Positions 57,607 to 64,000 of a DNA stretch of 64,000 nt are shown one piece after another. Source of the DNA: Acidobacteriota bacterium (GTDB taxonomy: Bacteria; Acidobacteriota; Vicinamibacteria; Vicinamibacterales; CAVVIG01); NCBI GenBank assembly GCA_003222535.1, contig QHWJ01000238.1, positions 5,270 to 69,269 on the forward strand. Reading direction: 5' to 3'. The notes below the pieces were generated by a model. The model was not told the DNA's origin. It saw nothing but the letters and a program-made list of their open reading frames with translations, and made no database searches. Within the stretch, counting starts at the first letter, position 1. Each line of letters opens with the position of its first letter. A program made the translations under genes and the position numbers.

Positions 57607-59381
57607 TAACGTAAGAACGTAAAGGGCATCAGCGCGAGCGGTTCCCCGCGGTGGAACATCGCGAACGGGCCGCGCATGATGCGCAGCGCCTCGATCTCGC
57701 CCTTCGACAGGTTCGCGTCCAGCCACGCGCCGATGGCGGCCGCCTGGTTCGATTCGCTGGAGCCGCCGAACTGAGCCGACAGCAGCTCGTAGAAGGTCTT
57801 CCGGGGCGGATACACCACCAGCTCGACGTCGCTGTCCGCCGCGATTTTCGCCCGCTGCTTGGCGATCGCCAGCGCGCGATCGAGCCCGCCGAGCTCGTCG
57901 ACGAGGCCGTTCTGCTTCGCCTGGCGCCCCGTCCACACACGGCCTTGCGCGAGCGCGTCGATCTTCTCCGGCGTGCTGTGCCGCGAGTCGGCCGCCTTCT
58001 CCACGAACTGGTCGTAGAACGCCTGCAGCTGCTCCTGCAGCTTCTTCAGCTCTCCCGGATTGTAGGGACGCGCCGGCGAGTTGATCTCGGCGTTCCGGCC
58101 GATGCTCGTCGACTCGATGTGCGCGCCGAGCTTCTCGTAGACCCCGCCGGTGACGAACTTCCCACCGAAGATGCCAATCGATCCCGTCAGCGTCGACGGC
58201 TGCGCGACGATCACCTGCGCCGGCATCGCGATGTAGTATCCGCCCGACGCGGCCAGATCCGACATCGACACGACGAGCGGCCGATCGGCCCGCTCGTTCT
58301 TCGTGATGACGAGCTCACGCCAGATCGCGTCGGAGGCCGTCGCGGATCCGCCCGGGCTGTCGATGCGCAGCACGATGGCGCGCACGGCGCTGTCGCGGCG
58401 CGCCTCGCGGATGTACTCGATCAGCGTGTCCGAGCCGGCGACGGCGCCGTTCACCGGGTCGTAGCCGCTCTTGCCGCTGTTGATGGTGCCGGTCGCATAG
58501 ATGACGGCGACGCGCGGACCCTTGTTCAGGCCCACCGATGCCGGGCTGACGCGCGCATAGTCGTCGGTGTCGAGCTGGCGGCGATGCTCGCCGGCGCGGA
58601 GCTTGTCGTCCACCTGATCTTCGTAGGCCACGTCGTCGACGAGGCCGGCACGCAGGGCGTCTTCCGGCAGAAACGGACCCTGGTCGAGAATCCCGCGGAC
58701 GTCGGCTTCGGTCTTCTTCCGCCCGTCGGCGATGCCGCGCACGATCTGCTCGAACAGATCGCGGTTCATCGACTCGTCCATCTCCCGGTGCGCGGCCGTG
58801 TAGCCCTTTTCCTTGAAGGTGTTGACGGCGGTCTTGTAGTCGCCGATGCGATGCAGATCAGGATAGGCGCCGATCTTGTCGAAGGTGCCGCGGAGGAACA
58901 GCTCGTAGGTCGCGACGCCGACCAGATCCAGCGGCGTCGACGGCATCAGGAAGACTCTGTCGGCGGCCGTCGCCAGATAGTACTCACGGTCGCCGCCGTA
59001 CTCGACATAGGCGTAGATCGGCTTGCCCGACTTCTTGAAATCGAGGACTGCGTCGCGGATCTCCTGCACCTTGGCCCAGAAGGGCGAATCGAACCCGGTC
59101 GGCTTCAGCAGCACCGCGCGGACGCGCGAGTCGACCTTGGCCTTCCGAAGGTTGTCCACGATTGACCGCACGGTCGGCGTCTTCACGCCCCGCAGGTAGC
59201 CGACCACGTCGTTGGGCGCGAGCTCGGTGAGCGCGCCGCCGACGCGCAGCACGAGCGTCGCGTTGGAAGGCACCGACGGCTCGCGCCCGAAGGCGAGATA
59301 CAGCAGCGCGAAGCCGACGATCGAAAGGAAGAACGCCACGCCGAGCAGCGTGAAGAGGATTGCAAAACCGCGGCGAGCCAT
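57606..59381 (-). CDS. sppA: Signal peptide peptidase SppA, 67K type
   Basis: Start at the ATG at 59381 (MARRGFAILFTLLGVAFFLSIVGFALLYLAF). It has two S49 domains, with catalytic-region motifs DLAASGGYY and GKF/GSIG. Confidence 0.9.
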   Translation of the reverse strand: MARRGFAILFTLLGVAFFLSIVGFALLYLAFGREPSVPSNATLVLRVGGALTELAPNDVVGYLRGVKTPTVRSIVDNLRKAKVDSRVRAVLLKPTGFDSPFWAKVQEIRDAVLDFKKSGKPIYAYVEYGGDREYYLATAADRVFLMPSTPLDLVGVATYELFLRGTFDKIGAYPDLHRIGDYKTAVNTFKEKGYTAAHREMDESMNRDLFEQIVRGIADGRKKTEADVRGILDQGPFLPEDALRAGLVDDVAYEDQVDDKLRAGEHRRQLDTDDYARVSPASVGLNKGPRVAVIYATGTINSGKSGYDPVNGAVAGSDTLIEYIREARRDSAVRAIVLRIDSPGGSATASDAIWRELVITKNERADRPLVVSMSDLAASGGYYIAMPAQVIVAQPSTLTGSIGIFGGKFVTGGVYEKLGAHIESTSIGRNAEINSPARPYNPGELKKLQEQLQAFYDQFVEKAADSRHSTPEKIDALAQGRVWTGRQAKQNGLVDELGGLDRALAIAKQRAKIAADSDVELVVYPPRKTFYELLSAQFGGSSESNQAAAIGAWLDANLSKGEIEALRIMRGPFAMFHRGEPLALMPFTFLR

Positions 59382-59458
59382 AGCAGGCACCCTCGTTGAA
59401 CCGCAGAGCGCGCAGAACGCAGAGGACTCTTTCCTCTGCAATCCCGGCGGCATCCGCG

Positions 59459-60347
59459 ATGGCGTTTTTGAGTATAGTCCCTCGCACGGACACGCTGCTG
59501 CCGGACGTGCGCTCTGCGTGGCTGATGAGGCGCCTGAACGTGGCGTTCACGATGGCCGGGCTGCTGACGCTCGCGCTGGGGATTGGCGCGACGACCGCGG
59601 TTTTCCCGCTCGTCTAGCGACTCGTCAACGACGAGCTCGCGCGGCTGTATCTGCCGCCGCAGCCGCTCGGCTACCGGTTCGAGCAGTGGCCGCGTCGGCC
59701 CCTGTTCCGATCGAGATCGTCGTCACGTCTCGAACGTGCTGAAGGACGGCAACGACCATAAGACGCAGCCCGAAGTCTACCGCCTCTTTCGGGACGGCGC
59801 GCGCTGCGACGGGCGTTTCGACCTCGTGACCAGGATCGAGGGCGCGCCTTCGTTGCTTTCGACAACGGGTGCGCGCGATGGTCCCGAGCGCCGCGCCCAC
59901 AGCGGCGGTCGAGACGCTGCCGCTGGCGAAGCGCGTTGCCGAATCGATGGATCAACCGCGATTTGCGATGACCGTGCTCGTCTCGTTTGCGGCTCTGGCG
60001 TTTGCGCTCGCGTCGATCGGACTCTACGGCGTGTTGTCGTACGGCGTGTCGCAGCGCCGCCGCGAGTTCGACGTGCGCGCAGCGCTCGGCGCGTCGCCGC
60101 GCGATCTCGTCGCGCTCGTCGTGCGCGAGGCGCTGACCGTCACCGCAACGGGCTCGCCATCGGCCTCGTGGCCGCCGCGGCAGCGACGCGGCTGATGCAG
60201 GGCCTGCTGTACGGCGTCGCACCGCTCGACGCCGTGTCGTTTGTCGCGGCCCCGATGGCGCTGGTGCCGGTCGCGGTCTTCGCGTGCCTGTTGCCGGCCA
60301 GTCGCGCGGCGTCCACCGATCCGGCCGACGCGCTGCGGTGTGAATGA
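59459..60347 (+). pseudogene. Decayed MacB/FtsX-type (ADOP-like) ABC permease
   Basis: The N-terminal fragment MAFLSI..LLPDVRSAWLMRRLNVAFTMAGLLTLALGIGATTAVFPLV ends at the in-frame TAG at 59615-59617. The C-terminal FtsX segments are split over two frames (..FAMTVLVSFAALAFALASIGLYGVLSYGVSQRRREF.. and ..GLAIGLVAAAAATRLMQGLLYGVAPLDAVSF..DPADALRCE*). About 500 central residues of a typical family member are missing. Confidence 0.7.
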
Positions 60348-60614
60348 CGTTCCGAATGACACAGGCGCGCGCGGTCGAACCACCGCGTGGGCGGGGCACG
60401 GCGGCTGGCTGCGCGTGGAGCGCCTTCCTCATCGTGCCAATCGACGCAACCCCGTTTCGCTGCCGTTCAACCTCTGAGCAGCATCTGCCAACCGGGTGAC
60501 GGGACGCGCGGCCATTCCTGCAGCGCTTCGGTCGAGTGGCCGAACCCTCCCCGCGAGTTCCCGAATATTTTCACATCGCGCGGATCGGCATCATCTTCGC
60601 AATTCGACGATGCT

Positions 60615-61028
60615 ATGATCCGCCGCGCTCGCATGACCATCGATCGTCTCAAGAAGCGAATGGACGGCCGCTTCACGGCGCTGGAGCGACGGGTGAACGG
60701 CCGTTTCACCGAACTGGAGCGGCGGATGAACGGCCGCTTCACCGAACTGGAGCGGCGGATGAACGGCCGCTTCACAAAACTCGAGCGCCGGACGAACCGC
60801 CGCTTTGCGTCCGTGGACGCTCGATTCGACGACGTCGACGCTCGATTCGCCGCAGTAGACGCCCGTCTGGACCGAATGGAAGCGCGCATCAGCGCCCGAT
60901 TGGATTCGGTCATCGAGAAGCTTGATACTCACTTTTTGATCAACAAAAACCATTTCGATCATCACACGGTGATACTGCATGAGCACGACGACCGTCTCAA
61001 AGACCTCGAGCGGCAAACGGGCACGTGA
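60615..61028 (+). CDS. Hypothetical coiled-coil protein built of 11-residue and 7-residue tandem repeats
   Basis: The ATG at 60615 is in ORF 60387..61028. The repeats are MDGRFTALERRV / NGRFTELERRM x2 / NGRFTKLERRT / NRRFASV, followed by DARFDDV / DARFAAV / DARLDRM. The 3' half is visibly AT-richer than its surroundings. Confidence 0.5.
   Translation: MIRRARMTIDRLKKRMDGRFTALERRVNGRFTELERRMNGRFTELERRMNGRFTKLERRTNRRFASVDARFDDVDARFAAVDARLDRMEARISARLDSVIEKLDTHFLINKNHFDHHTVILHEHDDRLKDLERQTGT
60662..60793. repeat. 33-bp tandem repeat, 4 copies (plus a fifth degenerate one)
   Basis: The units at 60695-60727 and 60728-60760 differ by a single nucleotide. Confidence 0.9.
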
Positions 61029-61383
61029 ACGAGCGCGCGTTTCCGCTGCGAAGGAGGCATTCATACGCGCCGTCCGCACGCTGCGTCCGACGAGGCATAC
61101 CGGCGGCCGGAAACGCGAAGCGCGCCGGTGGCTCGATGTGCTCGCCGCGCGGAGTACAAACGGGGTACGGTGCCCCAATCCGATCACGATCGAGGAAGGC
61201 GCACGACTTCGCAGCCAGGCGTTTGACGATCTCAAGGCGAGCGACAAAGTGCTGTTCGACGCTGTCATGGAATGCATGGATGATCGAATGATCGCCGACT
61301 ATGGGATCACGATCGCCGAGTGGAGCGCTCGGGGGCGTCGCCGCATGCGCCGACTGGCCAAGATCCGCGCGACGCTCAAGTAG
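60979..61383 (+). CDS. Hypothetical basic protein
   Basis: 134 aa ORF overlapping the previous ORF by 50 nt in another frame. It has an Arg/Lys-rich N-terminus and no recognisable domain. Coding status is uncertain. Confidence 0.35.
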   Translation: MSTTTVSKTSSGKRARERARVSAAKEAFIRAVRTLRPTRHTGGRKREARRWLDVLAARSTNGVRCPNPITIEEGARLRSQAFDDLKASDKVLFDAVMECMDDRMIADYGITIAEWSARGRRRMRRLAKIRATLK

Positions 61384-61448
61384 TCGCCGTCGCTCTCCCT
61401 GCGTTCGGGCCGCGGCGCACCTCCAGCGCTTCGGCGAGGCTCGCCGGA

Positions 61449-61476
61449 TTCACAGGGGGCTGAGGCGGGGTATACT
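61449..61476 (+). promoter_or_regulatory. Candidate sigma-70-type promoter for tRNA-Leu
   Basis: TTCACA (61449-61454), a 16-nt spacer, then TATACT (61471-61476), about 33 nt upstream of the mature tRNA 5' end. Confidence 0.4.
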
Positions 61477-61508
61477 GAGCGTTCCGGCCCGCGAAGTTTT
61501 TCACCACT

Positions 61509-61594
61509 GCGGAAGTGGCGGAACGGCAGACGCGCTAGCCTCAGGAGCTAGTTGGAGCAATCCAGTGGGGGTTCGAATCCCCCCTTCCGCACCA
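61509..61594 (+). tRNA. tRNA-Leu (anticodon CAG), class II with long variable arm, encoded CCA
   Basis: The cloverleaf was folded by hand. Acceptor stem GCGGAAG/CTTCCGC, D-stem GCG/CGC, anticodon stem CTAGC/GCTAG with loop CTCAGGA, variable arm TTGGAGCAATCCAGT, T-arm GGGGG-TTCGAAT-CCCCC, discriminator A plus CCA. Confidence 0.93.
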
Positions 61595-61602
61595 TCGACG
61601 AA

Positions 61603-61634
61603 AAGGGGCCAGCGTTTCCTGGCCCTTTGTCGTT
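61603..61634 (+). terminator. Rho-independent terminator after the tRNA
   Basis: The stem GGGGCCAG/CTGGCCC has the loop CGTTTC and is followed by TTTGTCGTT. Confidence 0.6.
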
Positions 61635-61789
61635 CACGAACGGACTTGCCCATAGATACGCCTTCAAGACAGATCGGGATCTGCCTGTTTCGAGCGCCAG
61701 CTGATCCGGGCATCCGGCGCGGACTGTATTCTTCGCTCCGCAAGACGCGACGCCGTCGATCGCCTGTCAGGAGGGACTACGATCAGCAG

Positions 61790-63151
61790 GTGTTGCCTCC
61801 TCTTCGGACGGTCAGAGCCGCCTTCCTCGGCGGCTTCATGCTGATCTTCACGGTATGGCTGACGTCGACCTACTACGTCACCGGGCGCCTCGCGGAGGCC
61901 CAGGCGCGGAGTGCGTCCATTTACGCGCAATTCCTGAGGGATCAGGAGCTGCTCTTCACAATCAGCCGCCAGGTGCTGCTCGGATCCGTCTACGTTCGCG
62001 ACGCGTTGATTGAGTCCGCGGAACAGTCTGCAGCCGTTGCCCACTATCAGATACGAAACCTGCAAGCGCAGGTCGAGCGGGAGCTGGAGCACTACGAGAC
62101 GATCGACTCCTCCGTCGACGCCGCGGCCTGGAGGCGCCTCGAGAAGGAGCTTCGTGATTACTGGGAAACGGCGGCGCGGCTGACGGCGCCGGAATCAGCC
62201 AGCCGGACATGGAAGGCGGCGTCCTCACTGCTTCATACGCAGGTGATCCAGCAGCGAGAGGTGATCACTCAGTTGTCGGACGAGATCCGTCAGATGATGG
62301 CGCGCGACTACCTCCAGGAAGAAAAGCAGCTCAACGACGTACACGTTCAACTGCGCCGGCGCTTGTGGGAGACAACGGCCGTTGCCGTGATCCTCGGATT
62401 TGGCGTGGCGTTCCTGGCGACGCGGTACGCCGCCCGGCTCGAAGCGCAGATTCGTGAAGACCACGCTGAAGTCGCTCGCAACAGAGGGGATTTGCAGCGT
62501 CTATCGGAACGGCTCGTACGCGTGCAGGAGGACGAGCGGCGGACCGTCGCGCGCGAGCTCCACGACGAGATCGGGCAGGCCTTGACGGCCGTGAAGGTCG
62601 AGCTGGCGGTCGCCCTACGCTCAGTGGGCGCCGACCGACGGGCCGTGGCGGCGCTCGCTGAAGCGCGAATGGTGACGGAACACGCGTTGAGCAACGTGCG
62701 CGACTTGTCGCAATTACTTCGGCCGGCCATGCTCGACGACTTCGGGTTGCCCGACACGCTCAAGTGGTATCTTCGGAAGTTCTCCGATCGCACAGGCATC
62801 CGGACCGAGCTGGTCGACGATCGCCTCTCCGAGCGGCTCCCCACGGACGTCGAAGTGTCAGCCTACCGGGCCATCCAGGAGGGACTCACCAACGTGTCCC
62901 GACACGCCCACGCAACCTCGTGTCGCGTGTTCGTACAGCGCCTTCCGTCATCGCTCATCGTCACCGTCGAAGACGACGGGCGCGGATTCCGGGCAGGCCG
63001 CGATTCGACCGGCGATCAGGGCGCGGGACTCGGACTGGTCGGCATTCGCGAGCGGGCTGTCAATCTGGGTGGCACCTTCCGGATTGAAAGCGGTGACAAA
63101 GGCACTCGCCTCACCATTGAGTTCCCGCTGACCGCCGGTGCGCAGGCGTGA
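61790..63151 (+). CDS. Sensor histidine kinase, NarX/DegS-like (HisKA_3 + HATPase_c)
   Basis: Part of ORF 61301..63151, whose 5' part runs across the tRNA and is rejected. The start is taken at the GTG at 61790 (alternative: ATG at 61838), just before TM1 (AAFLGGFMLIFTVWLTSTYYV). A second TM follows, then the H-box VQEDERRTVARELHDEIGQ, an N-box (LTNVSRHA) and a G-box (DDGRGF..GLGLVGIRER). Confidence 0.85.
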   Translation: MLPPLRTVRAAFLGGFMLIFTVWLTSTYYVTGRLAEAQARSASIYAQFLRDQELLFTISRQVLLGSVYVRDALIESAEQSAAVAHYQIRNLQAQVERELEHYETIDSSVDAAAWRRLEKELRDYWETAARLTAPESASRTWKAASSLLHTQVIQQREVITQLSDEIRQMMARDYLQEEKQLNDVHVQLRRRLWETTAVAVILGFGVAFLATRYAARLEAQIREDHAEVARNRGDLQRLSERLVRVQEDERRTVARELHDEIGQALTAVKVELAVALRSVGADRRAVAALAEARMVTEHALSNVRDLSQLLRPAMLDDFGLPDTLKWYLRKFSDRTGIRTELVDDRLSERLPTDVEVSAYRAIQEGLTNVSRHAHATSCRVFVQRLPSSLIVTVEDDGRGFRAGRDSTGDQGAGLGLVGIRERAVNLGGTFRIESGDKGTRLTIEFPLTAGAQA

Positions 63152-63152
63152 G

Positions 63153-63803
63153 ATGAAAACGGTGCGAATCGTCCTCGCGGACGATCACACGCTCGTCCGC
63201 CAGGGTCTGCGAAAAATCCTCGAGGCACAGTCCGGATGGGAGGTGGTTGGGGAAGCCGCGGACGGCCAGGAGGCCGTTCGACAGGTCGTCGAGCTCAAGC
63301 CGGACGTCGTGATTCTGGATCTCGCAATGCCGCGACTGAATGGCATCGACGCGACCCAGCAGATCGTCCGCCGCCTCGCGTCGGTCCGCGTGCTTGTGCT
63401 GAGCATGCATGCCGACGAGGTCTATGTGACACGGGCTCTCAAAGCCGGAGCCCACGGCTACCTGCTGAAAGATTCCGCGGACACGGATCTGTTCCGCGCG
63501 GTCACTGCCTTGACGCAAAACAAGTCGTTCTTCAGCCCGGCGGTCTCTCGCGTCATGCTGGATGACTATGTCCGGCAGCTCGCGGAGCGCGGCATCACGG
63601 ATCGCTATGACACGCTTTCGGAACGCGAACGTGAGGTGTTCCAGCTCATCGCCGAGGGTCGTGTGAACAAAGACATTGCCGAGCTGCTGCATCTGAGCCC
63701 GAGCACCGTCGAGACGCACCGCGCCCACATCATGGAAAAGCTCGATGTGCACAGCGCCGCGGGAATCGTCCTCTACGCGGTGCGCAAGGGCATTATTTCG
63801 TAG
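63153..63803 (+). CDS. NarL/FixJ family response regulator (REC + LuxR HTH)
   Basis: The ATG at 63153 lies 1 nt after the kinase stop. It has MKTVRIVLADDH, DVVILDLAMPRLNG and the HTH ERERE VFQLIAEGRVNKDIAELLHLSPSTVETHRAHIMEKL. Confidence 0.93.
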   Translation: MKTVRIVLADDHTLVRQGLRKILEAQSGWEVVGEAADGQEAVRQVVELKPDVVILDLAMPRLNGIDATQQIVRRLASVRVLVLSMHADEVYVTRALKAGAHGYLLKDSADTDLFRAVTALTQNKSFFSPAVSRVMLDDYVRQLAERGITDRYDTLSEREREVFQLIAEGRVNKDIAELLHLSPSTVETHRAHIMEKLDVHSAAGIVLYAVRKGIIS

Positions 63804-64000
63804 CCCTTTCTCTCCGTTGATGAACGAGCGTTGACCAGGTCCCAGATCGCCTCGCCCCACCCGAACGGACCGCACCCGTTGATGAGCCGGGCGGTCGGCA
63901 CCCTCCGCAACAGGGAGGCGGCGTCGACAAAGTCGCTCTGGACCACCACGGGGATGTCGACCGCCTGGAGCAGGCGGATCTCGCCCGGATCCCTTGCGAG
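63773..64000 (-). CDS. C-terminal fragment of a HAD-IIB-like hydrolase (mannosyl/glucosyl-3-phosphoglycerate phosphatase-like); 5' end outside the window
   Basis: The open frame from the window edge reads LARDPGEIRLLQAVDIPVVVQS..RLINGCGPFGWGEAIWDLV, which resembles the YedP/MpgP C-terminus (LLE..D..V.V....GPEGW). The stop TAG at 63773-63775 overlaps the response-regulator 3' end by 31 nt. Confidence 0.4.
   Translation of the reverse strand, partial: LARDPGEIRLLQAVDIPVVVQSDFVDAASLLRRVPTARLINGCGPFGWGEAIWDLVNARSSTERKGYEIMPLRTA

Noticed and set aside
60387-60614. Upstream 76 codons of ORF 60387..61028 as part of the coiled-coil protein.
   Set aside because: This region overlaps the tail of the decayed permease locus and has different, GC-rich Arg/Ala composition. 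The repeat protein plausibly starts at the ATG at 60615 or 60633.
61301-61789. The 5' extension of the histidine-kinase ORF (163 codons) that runs through tRNA-Leu and its terminator.
   Set aside because: It contains a complete tRNA gene plus a terminator hairpin. The kinase's first TM helix begins just after the GTG at 61790, so the upstream codons are fortuitously open.

Overview
This is a 64 kb, visibly GC-rich bacterial chromosomal window (about two-thirds G+C by eye, not computed). It is gene-dense, with about 55 protein genes, one tRNA and at least two decayed genes. All homology calls come from motif recognition by eye; no searches were run. Oar-like TonB receptors with carboxypeptidase-regulatory N-domains, a MacB/FtsX (ADOP-type) permease remnant and a Tes-like radical SAM enzyme suggest Acidobacteriota (inference only).

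Recognisable blocks:
- A Tes/GDGT-MAS-like radical SAM gene next to a Gfo/Idh/MocA oxidoreductase.
- An S9 peptidase and a TonB-dependent receptor.
- folE, hbd, a DmlA/TtuC-like dehydrogenase and an aldehyde dehydrogenase.
- A pseudo-receiver plus PilZ-like gene pair.
- A gamma-glutamylcyclotransferase and M28 peptidase operon.
- A double ABC ATPase/permease operon.
- A long minus-strand run: nudix, yjbQ, tsaD, mtnA, cdd (fused), PNP, nupC, pdp.
- A tandemly duplicated module of a HEAT-repeat protein plus an HD-GYP protein (four genes, 34085..41565).
- An alkaline-phosphatase-family gene and an MGMT-like gene.
- An ECF sigma / anti-sigma / DUF4097 triad.
- The operon GGDEF-mreBCD-mrdA-rodA-rng.
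- ppiD-like and sppA genes.
- A low-GC islet next to tRNA-Leu(CAG).
- A NarL-type two-component pair.

Two things stand out. The first is the duplicated HEAT + HD-GYP module, in which all four proteins share an unassigned N-terminal domain. The second is that almost every intergenic spacer is filled with short periodic tandem arrays or palindromic REP-like elements. Several of these elements are also read in frame inside coding sequences.
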